From the NCBI GenBank assembly GCA_965215015.1, contig OZ244042.1, positions 2,048,001 to 2,112,000 on the forward strand: a stretch of DNA of 64,000 nt, given 5' to 3'. This document shows positions 1 through 10,757 of the stretch, one piece after another. Source of the stretch: Candidatus Poribacteria bacterium (lineage in GTDB: Bacteria > Poribacteria > WGA-4E > PCPOR2b). Position 1 is the first letter of the stretch, and each line of letters begins with the position of its first letter. The notes under the pieces were generated by a model that made no database searches, was not told the DNA's origin, and was given only the letters and a program-made list of their open reading frames with translations. The translations under genes were made by a program, and so were the position numbers.

Positions 1-337
1 CCTACCATTTCAGGCTTTGCCTTCGCCTGAATTCAGCTATAATGCATCTCGAATTATGCCCCCCTCACATAATTGAGGGGGGCATAAAGTAGTAGGCAGG
101 CTCAGCGTGCCTACTACTGTCGGATTAATGTAATTGCCCGCGATTCATCGGGGCTCGTGAGGCGTATAGATACCAACACTGTCGCTCAACATACTTCGTA
201 TTTTCAATCACCAATATGTTTTTGATTCGGACAACGCAGCGGAAACATGTGTTATAGAATCCGGGACGCGTAAAAGGTCGTTGGTTCATGGGTTCATTAT
301 GGATTCAGGGGTTCATCGTAAGAGGGATAATTGAGAG

Positions 338-1498
338 ATGAAACATATGCGGTTTTTTGCAACGGCAGCGAAGGGCACGGAGACAATCGTCGCAAAAGAG
401 TTGGCGGCGACCGGTGCCCGGAATATCCGACCCGCCCTCGGTGGCGTGCACTTTGAGGGCGGATTGGAAACGCTGTACCGGGCGAACCTGTGGCTCCGCA
501 CTGCGAATCGAGTGTTGAGGCCGATAGCGGAATTCGCCTGCCCGACACCGGAAGCACTTTACGAACATGCTCGCAATGTCCAGTGGCGCGATTGGATGAC
601 GGTTGATAGCACATTTGCTATCGATTGTAACTGCCGTAATTCGCAGATTTCCCATTCCCATTATGCCGCACTGAAGATAAAGGATGCGATTGTGGATGGG
701 TTTCGGGATCGCACAGGGCGCCGTCCAAATGTAGATCGGCATCGTCCCATGCTCCAAATTAACGCCCATATTGTGAAAGACCGCTGCACCCTCAGCCTCA
801 ATGCCTCTGGCGATCGATTGCATCGGCGCGGCTATCGGCGTCAGGCGATGAATACACCGTTGCGAGAGACGTTAGCTGGAGCGATTGTGGAGTTGGTCGA
901 GTGGGATAGTGAGGGAATGTTCATTGATCCGATGTGCGGTTCCGGTACAATTGTCATTGAAGCCGCGCTCAAAGCGATGAATTATGCGCCGGGGCTCCTG
1001 CGGTGTGGGGATACGAGACGGACGGGATTTGGGTTTCAGCGGTGGCGGGATTTTGATCGGACACTGTGGGCGCGTTTGACCGATGAGGCGCGGGCGGGGA
1101 TTCGTAAAAAGATTCCGGGGCGGCTGCTTGGATATGATATTTCAAGGCCGGCGATCCGAATTGCGTCAGAGAATGCGAAACTGGCGGGACTGGAAAGACA
1201 GCTCCGTTTTATGAGAGGGGACGCGCTGAAGTTGAGCCCGCGCGGGCATCGGGGGGTTATCGTTTGTAATCTGCCTTACGGTGAGCGGACGGGTGAGGTG
1301 GAGGATTTGAAGTCGTTGTATAGGGGATTTGGGGATGTGTTGAAACAGCGGTGTGCAGGATATACAGCGTATCTGTTCACCGGCAATTTGAGGCTAGCGA
1401 AGTGGATCGGGCTGCGGACCGCCAAACGGTTTACGTTGTATAACGGACCGATTGAGTGCCGACTGTTGAAATATGAGTTATTTGAGGGGGGCTCATAA
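338..1498 (+). CDS. rlmL: THUMP-domain class I SAM-dependent rRNA methyltransferase (RlmL-like)
   Basis: 386 aa; ANLWLRTANRV, THUMP region, LHRRGYR, PLRETLA, DPMCGSGTI, NLPYGER motifs. Confidence 0.85.
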   Translation: MKHMRFFATAAKGTETIVAKELAATGARNIRPALGGVHFEGGLETLYRANLWLRTANRVLRPIAEFACPTPEALYEHARNVQWRDWMTVDSTFAIDCNCRNSQISHSHYAALKIKDAIVDGFRDRTGRRPNVDRHRPMLQINAHIVKDRCTLSLNASGDRLHRRGYRRQAMNTPLRETLAGAIVELVEWDSEGMFIDPMCGSGTIVIEAALKAMNYAPGLLRCGDTRRTGFGFQRWRDFDRTLWARLTDEARAGIRKKIPGRLLGYDISRPAIRIASENAKLAGLERQLRFMRGDALKLSPRGHRGVIVCNLPYGERTGEVEDLKSLYRGFGDVLKQRCAGYTAYLFTGNLRLAKWIGLRTAKRFTLYNGPIECRLLKYELFEGGS

Positions 1499-1727
1499 AG
1501 GAGTAGGCACGACAGATCGTGCCGTAAACCACACAACCGTTACGGCATATTGCTTGGCTAACACCCAACTGCCATTAGACTCCCAACCATAACTTAAAAA
1601 ACAAAGCATCTCCAACCCCGTCAATGAGGCATCTTGCACCTCTACCGCCTGAGCCCCCTATCTGTATTCGTGCAATCTGCGTCATCAGTTTAATCTGCGA
1701 TTCTGACAATAATTATGAGCACCCCTC

Positions 1728-1805
1728 ATTTAGTTTTCGGTTTTCTCCCTGTCTGAACGGTGTGTTGGGATTCGGAAATCCTGCCTACAAGAGAACTAAA
1801 TACCC
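1728..1805. repeat. ~78-bp MITE-like element with ATTTAGTT...AACTAAAT ends (copy 1)
   Basis: Closely similar copy at ~49263-49340; terminal inverted repeats visible. Confidence 0.65.
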
Positions 1806-1944
1806 CTCTACTATTTTTCGTTTCGCCTTGTGTTTTATACGGATCTGCGCTACACTTACACCGACTTTTGTTCATGCTATCTTTCCAATTTTTTGGATAT
1901 ATTGACCTGAAGAGAATCAACAGAAAAGGAGTTGCTATCAACCG

Positions 1945-3132
1945 ATGACCGATCTCAAACTACCCCTTCACCGTTTTACCGTTCTTGATTTGACCCGTGT
2001 TCGTGCGGGACCGACCGCCGTGCGTCAGCTTGCCGATTGGGGGGCGAATGTCATTAAAATTGAGCTCCCACCAGATCCCAATAAGCGAGGGGACGCACTC
2101 GGTTCACGCCACGATTTGGATTTTCAGAATCTACAGCGAAACAAGCGGGGGATCACCTTGAACCTCAAGTCAGAGGCCGGGCACGCCGCATTTATGCGTA
2201 TGGTGAGGGAGGCGGACGTGGTAGTGGAGAACTTCCGTCCCAACGTCAAGACCCGCCTGAAGATCGATTATGAAGCGTGTCGATTGGAGAACCCGCGTAT
2301 CGTCTATGCAAGTATCTCCGGGTTCGGGCAGGACGGACCCTACGGCGGACGCCCCGGCTTCGATCAGATCGCGCAGGGGATGGGCGGTTTGATGTGGATT
2401 ACCGGATTTCCGGGACAGGGACCCTTGCGTGTCGGGGTGCCTATCGCAGACCTCACCTCCGGTATGTACGCCGCTATGGGGATTCTGATGGCATTGCTGC
2501 AGCGCGAAGAAACAGGGAAAGGGCAGTGGGTGCACACATCGCTCCTCGAAGCCCAGATTGCGATGCTCGATTTCCAAGCGGCGCGCTGGCTCATCGGGAA
2601 CGAAGTGCCGGCTCAGGCAGGCAACGACCACCCGACCAGCATTCCGACCGGCGTGTTTCAGACAACCGACAGCTACATTAATATAGCAGCAAGCGGTGGG
2701 GTGATGTGGCAGCGGCTCTGTGATGTTCTAGCGGCGGCCCAACTGCGGGACAATCCCGACTATGCTGACGATGGAGCGCGGTCCCGGAATCGGGCTGCCT
2801 TGAACGCAGAATTGCAGGAATACTTCTCAACTCGAAGCAGCGACGAATGGATTCAGGCACTCAATGACGCAGGGGTGCCGTGCGGACCTATCTACAAAAT
2901 GGATGAAATGTGGTCAGACCCGCATGTGGAGCACCTCGAAATGTCCCGACCCGTGGACCACCCTGTGCTCGGCAGGTTGGACGTGCTACGGCACGCAACA
3001 AACATGAGTGGCACGCCAAAGATGCCGTATCGCCCGGCGCCCGAATTGGGTGAACATACCGATGAAGTCTTGAGCGAATTTGGATTCTCCGACGACGAAA
3101 TCGAGACAATGCGAAAGGAGAATATCGTATGA
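1945..3132 (+). CDS. CaiB/BaiF family (class III) CoA transferase
   Basis: VLDLTRVRAGP, RNKRGITLNLK, DVVVENFRP, GFGQDGPY, APELGEHTDEVL. Confidence 0.92.
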   Translation: MTDLKLPLHRFTVLDLTRVRAGPTAVRQLADWGANVIKIELPPDPNKRGDALGSRHDLDFQNLQRNKRGITLNLKSEAGHAAFMRMVREADVVVENFRPNVKTRLKIDYEACRLENPRIVYASISGFGQDGPYGGRPGFDQIAQGMGGLMWITGFPGQGPLRVGVPIADLTSGMYAAMGILMALLQREETGKGQWVHTSLLEAQIAMLDFQAARWLIGNEVPAQAGNDHPTSIPTGVFQTTDSYINIAASGGVMWQRLCDVLAAAQLRDNPDYADDGARSRNRAALNAELQEYFSTRSSDEWIQALNDAGVPCGPIYKMDEMWSDPHVEHLEMSRPVDHPVLGRLDVLRHATNMSGTPKMPYRPAPELGEHTDEVLSEFGFSDDEIETMRKENIV

Positions 3133-3935
3133 GCCCGGCAGCAAGTAGTACCACAAACCTGATCATCGTCGAAAAGCGGGACGGTGTCGGTTATCTTGGT
3201 TTCAACCGTCCCGAAAAGCACAATGCCATCTCTTACGAGATGTGGCAGGGGATTGCAAAGGTCATAACCGATTTCGAGGAGGATGATACCGTCCGGGTGG
3301 TAGTCGTTTCGGGTGAAGGTGGTCGAGCATTTTCCGCCGGCGCGGATATATCCCAGTTTGAGAGGCAGCGTGCATCGGCAAACGCGATTGAGGATTACAA
3401 CGTAGCCGCGGGACTCGCCCACGAGAAGCTGACCGACATCCCCAAGCCGACTATCGCCAAGATTGCAGGATATTGTATCGGAGGTGGGTTGGGAATTGCG
3501 CTCTGTTGTGACCTGCGTCTCGCTACTGATAATTCAAAATTCGGTATCCCCGCAGCCAAGCTGGGCCTCGGCTACGGCTATGGCGGGTTGAAACCGTTGG
3601 TTGCCCTCGTTGGTCCCATCCGCGCCAAAGAGATTCTGTTCACCGCCAGACAGTTTGACGCGGCGGAGGCGTACGATATGGGACTCATCAATCGCGTGCT
3701 GTCGAAGGACGAACTGGACCGCTGTGTGGATGAATATACGGAGACTATCGCGGGCAATGCGCCCCTGACCATCAAAGCCTGTAAACAGATTATAGCAGAG
3801 ATTTGCAAAGATCCGGACAATCGGGACCTGGAGCTTTGCAAGCAGCTAGTAGAGGCCTGTTTCGCCAGCGAGGATTATAAAGAGGGGAGGCGGGCATTCA
3901 TGGAGAAGCGAAAACCGCAGTTTCAGGGGAAATGA
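3129..3935 (+). CDS. Enoyl-CoA hydratase/isomerase
   Basis: NRPEKHNA, AFSAGADI, GYCIGGGLGIALCCD, EGRRAFMEKRKP; 4-bp overlap with upstream gene. Confidence 0.92.
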   Translation: MSPAASSTTNLIIVEKRDGVGYLGFNRPEKHNAISYEMWQGIAKVITDFEEDDTVRVVVVSGEGGRAFSAGADISQFERQRASANAIEDYNVAAGLAHEKLTDIPKPTIAKIAGYCIGGGLGIALCCDLRLATDNSKFGIPAAKLGLGYGYGGLKPLVALVGPIRAKEILFTARQFDAAEAYDMGLINRVLSKDELDRCVDEYTETIAGNAPLTIKACKQIIAEICKDPDNRDLELCKQLVEACFASEDYKEGRRAFMEKRKPQFQGK

Positions 3936-4034
3936 AACGGGATACCTGAAATGTGAGAGTGGGACAATATATCTGTTGTTCAAGATTTCAGTGAACTAAT
4001 GCACCAATCAACGAATGAACTAAAAGAGGGATAT

Positions 4035-5021
4035 ATGGCATCCGAGAAAGATTATGCGGTTCAGTTTGTGGCACGGGAACAGGCGGAACTACAGATTGTT
4101 GAGCGGGACTCGACACCACTGGCCCCGGACGAAATTGCCGGCAGCAGCATCGTCACGTTGATAAGTGCGGGAACGGAGTCAACGGGGTCATATACATCAG
4201 AAGGCGCCCACCCACGCGGATCCGGCTATGCGGCGGTCTTTGCGGTTGAATCCGTTGGGGACGACGTGGACGACATCAAGGTGGGCGATCATCTTTTCTG
4301 TATGGGGAATCATCGGTCCTATCAGCGCGTTAAACGGGACGCGGCCGTGCCGCTGCCAGAAGGACTGGCACCGGAGACCGGCGTTTTCGTCCGGCTGATG
4401 AACGTGAGTCTGACCACCTTAACCACGACGACCGCTCGACCACCAGAGAGAGTTGTGGTCACCGGCTTGGGGATTATTGGGAATCTCGCCGCACAAAATT
4501 TTACAAATGCCGGCTACGAGGTGTTTGCCTGTGAACCGATTGAAACGCGACGTCAGGTGGCTATCGAATGTGGACTCAAGAATGTTTTGCCCGCTATTCC
4601 GGTGGATGCGCCCGACATTGCGGGGACCGTGGGCTTGGTCGTTGATTGTTCGGGGCACGAGCAAGCAGTTTTGGATGGTTGCAACGTCGTCCGAAAAAAA
4701 GGCGAAGTCGTGTTGATCGCGACGCCGTGGCGCCGGTATACGGAGATGTATGCCCATACTATCTTGCACGCGATTTTCCACAAATATGTGGTCATCCGAA
4801 GCGGGTGGGAGTGGGAACTGCCGAGTCAACCGACAGAGTTTCGCACAAACAGCATTTACGGAAATCTTGCCGCCGGAATGAGGTGGTTGGCTGAAGAGCG
4901 AATGTCGGTTGCACCGTTGGCAACGAAAATCTCTCCCCGCGACCCCCAGACCGTATATCAGAATCTGCTGCATAGACGGAGTGATCGGTTGACCTATCTC
5001 TTTGATTGGACAGATTGTTGA
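4035..5021 (+). CDS. Medium-chain (zinc-binding family) alcohol dehydrogenase-like oxidoreductase
   Basis: ISAGTE, GYAAV, GLGIIG Rossmann motif; start moved to ATG 4035 after GAGGG RBS. Confidence 0.8.
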   Translation: MASEKDYAVQFVAREQAELQIVERDSTPLAPDEIAGSSIVTLISAGTESTGSYTSEGAHPRGSGYAAVFAVESVGDDVDDIKVGDHLFCMGNHRSYQRVKRDAAVPLPEGLAPETGVFVRLMNVSLTTLTTTTARPPERVVVTGLGIIGNLAAQNFTNAGYEVFACEPIETRRQVAIECGLKNVLPAIPVDAPDIAGTVGLVVDCSGHEQAVLDGCNVVRKKGEVVLIATPWRRYTEMYAHTILHAIFHKYVVIRSGWEWELPSQPTEFRTNSIYGNLAAGMRWLAEERMSVAPLATKISPRDPQTVYQNLLHRRSDRLTYLFDWTDC

Positions 5022-5267
5022 GATTCCTATACATATATTCTCCGATGAAACTTTAGGGGAGATGCACCTTAAATCACCGCAGAGGGTGCTGAGAACGAGA
5101 AAGCGGGGAGAGGTTCATTCGTTCACTTAGCCCCAGCGGGTGCGACATGTGTATAGAAAAAATAAAACGTGATGCGTAGTACGTAAGGAGTATAGGTAAA
5201 GACTTCTGTCGACAGTCGAGATATGAATCTTGACCTACAGACTAATGAACCAACAAAAAGGAGCCCT

Positions 5268-6866
5268 ATGGCAGCCCCTCCAAACCAATCCTCTACAGAA
5301 AAACATATCCCCTTACAGGTGAGACCTCCAAGAATCCTCTGCAACACCGGGGCGTGGAACCCACTGGTTGATACCACCCACATCTTTGCCGGCAACCGGG
5401 GCATGAGCCGTGACAACCAATTTACACTCTTCGATGCCCCCGTTGGAATTCAATTCGAGGTGGAAGCCGCACTGAAATCTGAACCGCTGCTTGAAGCGGT
5501 GCAAGCGTGGGAACGTCCCGGCATCGCTCCCCTCTATATCTGGCAGGAGGAGGGTGCCTATCACATGCTCTACGAATCAGGGGGCAACGGCACCGCCTAT
5601 GCGTACAGCACTAACGCCTATCAATGGACCCGCCCCGAATTGGGACAGGTAGAATTTCAGGGGTCAAAGCAGAATAACCTCATTGCTAATCCGCCGAGCG
5701 GGGCATCAGGGTTTTTTGAAGACCCACAGGCACCGCCCGATCAACGTTACAAGGCGATGGGCGGGAATATGGCGTGGTACGACCCGGATACCAATGAAAG
5801 GCTACTCGGAGAGGAAGCGGGCAAGCGGATTGCCGTCCAAAACGCTGAAGGCGCAGCCTATAAGGGACCCAAGGCAGTCATCTGGGGGTGGATGCTGGGG
5901 TGGACTTCCCCCGACCGATTCCGATGGAGGCCGTTGGAACAACCGCTCGGCAACCGACCGGTCAACGGTGCGATCGCTGCCCGTTTCGATCCGCACCACA
6001 ACAATTACTACGCTTACCTACAGATTATGGGCTACCCGACGGAGGTAATGGGCGGTATCGGTACAGGACGCTTGGAAGAGAGTACGCACCGCCGCACCAT
6101 CGGCTTCGCCCGGACGGACGCCTTTCGCACATGGCCCGCCCCGAAACTTATCTTGGAACCGGACGCCCAGGACGACTTAGATATTTCGTTCTACGGTGCC
6201 AACTACTTTCCCTATCCCGGTCGCACCGATCTGCACGGGATGTTGATTCCGGTCTACCATCAGATTACGGATCACATGGACGGTCAGATTGCCTTCAGCC
6301 GCGATGGATTGTTCTGGTCGCGCCCAGAGCGGAAGCCGATTATTGAGGTGGGTGCACCGGGCAGCGGCGATGAGTGTTCCGTCCACTTCTGGCGGGGTGG
6401 GCTGATCGAACTCCCCGATGGCTATTGGGCATCGCCCTATACAGCCAACTCGAAACTCCACAATGTCCCGCCCAATATGGCGGGGGCGATGTTCCCCGCC
6501 CATCGTCCTTTGCAAATCCGGTGGGCGCGTTGGCAGCCTCACCGCTTCTGCGGTTTGGTCGCAGCGTTGGAAGGACGTTTTACGATTCCCACGACCTACC
6601 GGTGCCACGATGAACTGCGACTTAACTACCGGTGTAAACCCGGCGGTTGGATAAAGGTGGAACTTCTTGAGAATACACCCCATCTGATGACACCGGATGG
6701 CAATCCTGTCCCCGGCTTCAGCTTTGCGGAGTGCAACCCTTTGACCGGCGATGCAGCTGACCACGCTGTGACCTGGAAGGGACAAGGAGACATCAGCGGC
6801 ATCGGTGAGACCGTTGCCATTCGTATCCAGATGTTCCAAGCCAAACTCTTCGCCTACCGGGTTTGA
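5268..6866 (+). CDS. Hypothetical protein, probable GH43/GH32-like beta-propeller plus C-terminal beta-sandwich
   Basis: WTRPELG, AFSRDGLFWSRP Asp-box-like repeats, C-terminal IRIQMFQAKLFAY; AAGGAG RBS; paralogue at 37303-38823. Confidence 0.6.
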   Translation: MAAPPNQSSTEKHIPLQVRPPRILCNTGAWNPLVDTTHIFAGNRGMSRDNQFTLFDAPVGIQFEVEAALKSEPLLEAVQAWERPGIAPLYIWQEEGAYHMLYESGGNGTAYAYSTNAYQWTRPELGQVEFQGSKQNNLIANPPSGASGFFEDPQAPPDQRYKAMGGNMAWYDPDTNERLLGEEAGKRIAVQNAEGAAYKGPKAVIWGWMLGWTSPDRFRWRPLEQPLGNRPVNGAIAARFDPHHNNYYAYLQIMGYPTEVMGGIGTGRLEESTHRRTIGFARTDAFRTWPAPKLILEPDAQDDLDISFYGANYFPYPGRTDLHGMLIPVYHQITDHMDGQIAFSRDGLFWSRPERKPIIEVGAPGSGDECSVHFWRGGLIELPDGYWASPYTANSKLHNVPPNMAGAMFPAHRPLQIRWARWQPHRFCGLVAALEGRFTIPTTYRCHDELRLNYRCKPGGWIKVELLENTPHLMTPDGNPVPGFSFAECNPLTGDAADHAVTWKGQGDISGIGETVAIRIQMFQAKLFAYRV

Positions 6867-7110
6867 GGGATGGGTTCATTGAAGCTGCGTGATGCGTGAA
6901 ACATGATATGTAATGTGCAATAAATTTACCGATGGGTTTTCAATATCTAGGGCGTGTTGACATTTCGCTAGCACCAATTCGGCAAACGCTGTTACCATCG
7001 GTCCATCCGACTCTAGGACTTACGCGCTTTAGCTTATAGTGGCGCAATTCAATCTGCGTCCCGACAGGCGATCGATTGACCAACTACCAATACTCAGGAT
7101 TCAAATATTT

Positions 7111-7276
7111 TAGGAGTTACGCACTTGAGTGTGTTGTAACACCTTTCAACCCCCATCACCATAGACCATAAATCGCATAACTGTCGCCGCCCGCTTCCTC
7201 GGGCGTTGAGAGGCACCTTCACCGGCGATGAATCGATGAACTACAAGGCTTCGAGGGGTCAACTGCGTAAGTCCTA
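7111..7276. mobile_element. 166-bp MITE-like element, ends TAGGAGTTACGCA / TGCGTAAGTCCTA
   Basis: 13-bp inverted ends with 1 mismatch; further left ends at 7014 and 36954; internal 35-mer shared with ~37133-37167. Confidence 0.6.
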
Positions 7277-7551
7277 TTTTTAATGCACAGCAGCGCAGAG
7301 AAACCAATTTTTTTTGCCAAAAACTCGGTTTTTTTGCACAATTTCTTAATATGAGCATTTTTTTCTAAAAAAAGAGCTAAACTTTTTCGATTGAAACCGA
7401 TATTAATATATAGAGACAGAAAGACTTGTTCAGATGAACTCGACTTTCAGGTGGAATGCTTCAACGATTATGGAAATGAGTTCACTTTCCTCAAGAATGC
7501 ACCGTTCATTTGTAACGCAGATGAAATAGCCTTTCAGAAGGAGGAACAGCC

Positions 7552-8181
7552 ATGACACAACAACGAGGCCCCCATTACTCAAAAAAGTGTCCTTTCCATA
7601 TTACCCCCAATCAACCCTTAAGTGCGGAGCAGTCAGTTAACCGATGTGTAAGGTGCGTGACCTATAGTGACCGACGGCTTCAAGGTATGAAAGCCGATTT
7701 GCATCAAGTCGCGTATCTGACCATCTGTGAAAACTTGCCGGAGTATGATCCAGACCATCAAACCGGCGCGAGTCTGAGCACGTTTATTCGTTCCCGGGTG
7801 TGTGCCAAGCTCTGGAATGAAAGCGAAAAACGCCTTAAATCAATTCCATTTTCTACGGTTGAGGCAGTTCCAGAGCCTCAACAATTTGTAGGCAATCCAT
7901 TGGTCGATGGTCTGACAAGAGAGGCGTGTCAATGTGAAGGCATTGATGAAACTGTGGCGTGGGCTGTCGCCGTTGAACAATTCAAGACATTGCTTCCACA
8001 GCTTCTGTCCCGTTTATCTGAGAAGGAAGGTACGGTCTTGAAATTGAAATTTTTTGAGGAGCGCAAAGCCGTAGAGATAGCAAAAAAGCTTGGTGTTAGT
8101 GAGGGGCGCGTCAGTCAGCTGACCCGTGCCGCCCTTGCTAAATTGCAGAAAGCCTACATTTCTGGGGCAATCCAGTCATGA
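7552..8181 (+). CDS. Sigma-70 family RNA polymerase sigma factor
   Basis: Region 2-like DLHQVAYL...YDP...LSTFI; region 4 LSEKE..VLKL.FFE...EIAKKLGVSEGRVSQL; GGAGG RBS. Confidence 0.85.
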   Translation: MTQQRGPHYSKKCPFHITPNQPLSAEQSVNRCVRCVTYSDRRLQGMKADLHQVAYLTICENLPEYDPDHQTGASLSTFIRSRVCAKLWNESEKRLKSIPFSTVEAVPEPQQFVGNPLVDGLTREACQCEGIDETVAWAVAVEQFKTLLPQLLSRLSEKEGTVLKLKFFEERKAVEIAKKLGVSEGRVSQLTRAALAKLQKAYISGAIQS

Positions 8182-8258
8182 GGGCTTTAAAGGGTTTCCG
8201 CTTCAAGATTATCACTAGGGTAATCTTGATTAACCGATAACTTAAAGGAGGGTTTATC

Positions 8259-8759
8259 ATGTTGACTTTACGGCGTTTCAAAGGAGCGATGCTTACGGTT
8301 CTGGGGGCTCTATTAATTTGCGCGGTGGGGGCTTACACCGTTTCTGCCACAACCGAATCTGGATATAAAAGTGATATCTATTGGGAGTTCAATCTGGATA
8401 ATCTTGAGGCAGTGAATGGGTGGACTTACAGCGATCACTACGTTTATATCATAAATAATCGGCACGGGAGGATTACGGTTGACTGGGAGTTTTCACACAA
8501 AATCCTGGAACACGGTGCCGTGAATCATGATTTGCCGGATGATACCGTCTTTGGGACCGTCATCATTGATGGGTTGGGACAGCCTGGTGGAGACGTGAGG
8601 TTTTCTCTTTCCGATGTCCGTCAGGCTTATTATGGTCACTTAGACATAGACCTTGAGGACCACGACTATTATCTTGAAGCCTATACACGGATCAATATAC
8701 ATGGACTCAGCATCCCAACGGATAAGATCACACATACGTTGGATCTTCCGGCTAGGTAA
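8259..8759 (+). CDS. Hypothetical secreted protein
   Basis: AAGGAGG RBS, N-terminal signal-peptide-like segment, beta-rich body. Confidence 0.65.
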   Translation: MLTLRRFKGAMLTVLGALLICAVGAYTVSATTESGYKSDIYWEFNLDNLEAVNGWTYSDHYVYIINNRHGRITVDWEFSHKILEHGAVNHDLPDDTVFGTVIIDGLGQPGGDVRFSLSDVRQAYYGHLDIDLEDHDYYLEAYTRINIHGLSIPTDKITHTLDLPAR

Positions 8760-8769
8760 AGGAGGGACT

Positions 8770-9747
8770 ATGCGGCTGGCACTGCTCGTGGCTTGCCTTT
8801 GGCTAGCCACGGGCCCCCTTGCGGGCAAAATTGTCTTTTATTCTCATCGGAAAGGAACCACCGAAGTCCATACGATGGACTCGGACGGGAGCAACCAAAC
8901 ACAGTTGACATTCAACAAGGTGAGTGATTCTGCACCGGCGTGGTCTCCCAACGGGCGACAGATTGTGTTCCATAGCACACGCGATGGAAATTGGGAGATT
9001 TATGTGATGGATGCAGACGGAAGCAATCCACGCAACCTGACCCGTCACCCGGCAAATGATCGCCGCCCCGATTGGTCTCCCGATGGTTCACAGATTGCGT
9101 TTAATAGTGCCCGAGGAGATGGCGCAATCAACCTTTACGTGATGGACGCTTCAGGGAACAACGTGAAGCAGCTCACACACATGCGGATTGAACACTGGGA
9201 ACTCGCATCGAAACCGAAGTGGTCGCCGGATGGGCAATGGATACTCTTTGAGGGAAATATTGTTAAGGGTAATCTGAAGCAGGGTCGACAGATTTATGCG
9301 ATTCGTCCCGACGGCACCGACCGATGGCGAGTCTCTAAACCTGTCCCAAAAACCTCCATGTTTTTGGGAGGTTGGTCGCCGGACGGGAGGCGGATTTTGT
9401 ATAAGGGTAACATTGACGGGAATGTGCTGAACTCGTTTGCAGTCATTGCCACACTCGACTCGCGCTCGAAGGTCACAACGCGGCAGGAGGTCGCCATGCC
9501 CGATCTGCCTTTTGCGACCGTTAGTTTTGGTGCAGATGGGAGGTCGATACTCTTTAGGGGGAAACGGGGTCGTGTGTGGAACATCTACCGGTTTCGTCTT
9601 AGCGATAGGCAGCTAATCCAGTTGACCGATATACCGACGGATATACCCGGGAAATATTCTGGTATCCAGGAATGGAATCCGCGCCTATCTGTCTCGCCAC
9701 AGGAACTGACCTCCACACTTTTGGGGGAGATAAAGACAACCCAGTAG
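8770..9747 (+). CDS. TolB-like PD40 beta-propeller protein, copy 1
   Basis: Signal peptide; repeated PAWSPNG/PDWSPDG/WSPDG; AAGGAGG RBS before ATG 8770. Confidence 0.88.
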   Translation: MRLALLVACLWLATGPLAGKIVFYSHRKGTTEVHTMDSDGSNQTQLTFNKVSDSAPAWSPNGRQIVFHSTRDGNWEIYVMDADGSNPRNLTRHPANDRRPDWSPDGSQIAFNSARGDGAINLYVMDASGNNVKQLTHMRIEHWELASKPKWSPDGQWILFEGNIVKGNLKQGRQIYAIRPDGTDRWRVSKPVPKTSMFLGGWSPDGRRILYKGNIDGNVLNSFAVIATLDSRSKVTTRQEVAMPDLPFATVSFGADGRSILFRGKRGRVWNIYRFRLSDRQLIQLTDIPTDIPGKYSGIQEWNPRLSVSPQELTSTLLGEIKTTQ

Positions 9748-9763
9748 AAATCAGGTGCAACCG

Positions 9764-10741
9764 ATGCGTATTTTTATCCTCGTGGCTTGCCTTTGGCTAG
9801 CCACGGCCCCCCTTGCGGGCAAAATTGTCTTTTATTCTCATCGGAAAGGAACCACCGAAGTCCATACGATGGACTCGGACGGGAGCAACCAAACACAGTT
9901 GACATTCAACAAGGTGAGTGATTCTGCACCGGCGTGGTCTCCCAACGGGCGACAGATTGCGTTCCATAGCACACGCGATGGAAATTGGGAGATTTATGTG
10001 ATGGATGCAGACGGAAGCAATCCACGCAACCTGACCCATCACCCGGCAAATGATGTCTTTCCCGAGTGGTCTCCCGATGGTTCACAGATTGCGTTTGATA
10101 GTGCCCGAGGAGATGGCGCAATCAACCTTTACGTGATGGACGCTTCAGGGGACAACGTGAAGCAGCTCACACACATGCGGATTGAACACCGGGAACTCGC
10201 ATCGAAACCGAGGTGGTCGCCGAACGGAGAGTGGATACTCTTTGAGGGCAATATTGTTAAGGGTAATCTGAAGCAGGGTCGACAGATTTATGCGATTCGT
10301 CCCGACGGCACCGACCGATGGCGAGTCTCTAAACCTGTCCCAAAAACCTCCATGTTTTTGGGAGGTTGGTCGCCGGACGGGCGGCGGATTTTGTATAAGG
10401 GTAACATTGGCGGGAATGTGCTGAACTCGTTTGCAGTCATTGCCACACTGGACTCGCGCTCGAAGGTCACAACGCGGCAGGAAGTCGCCATGCCCGATCT
10501 GCCTTTTGCGACCGTTAGTTTTGGTGCAGATGGGAGGTCGATACTCTTTAGGGGGAAACGGGGTCGTGTGTGGAACATCTACCGGTTTCGTCTTAGCGAT
10601 AGGCAGCTGATCCAGTTGACCGATATACCGACGGATATACCCGGGAAATATTCTGGTATCCAGGAATGGAATCCGCGCTTGTCTGTCTCGGCACAGGAAC
10701 TGACCCCCACACTTTTGGGGGAGATAAAGACAAGCCAGTAG
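9764..10741 (+). CDS. TolB-like PD40 beta-propeller protein, copy 2
   Basis: Near-identical tandem duplicate of copy 1 at 994-bp offset. Confidence 0.88.
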   Translation: MRIFILVACLWLATAPLAGKIVFYSHRKGTTEVHTMDSDGSNQTQLTFNKVSDSAPAWSPNGRQIAFHSTRDGNWEIYVMDADGSNPRNLTHHPANDVFPEWSPDGSQIAFDSARGDGAINLYVMDASGDNVKQLTHMRIEHRELASKPRWSPNGEWILFEGNIVKGNLKQGRQIYAIRPDGTDRWRVSKPVPKTSMFLGGWSPDGRRILYKGNIGGNVLNSFAVIATLDSRSKVTTRQEVAMPDLPFATVSFGADGRSILFRGKRGRVWNIYRFRLSDRQLIQLTDIPTDIPGKYSGIQEWNPRLSVSAQELTPTLLGEIKTSQ

Positions 10742-10757
10742 AAATCAGGTACAACCG

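Noticed and set aside
1624-1948. Short ORFs between rlmL and the CoA transferase
   Set aside because: They span stacked repeats; no RBS or protein-like motifs
8770-10741. Diversity-generating retroelement TR/VR pair
   Set aside because: Differences are not adenine-specific, both copies are full genes, and there is no reverse transcriptase in the window
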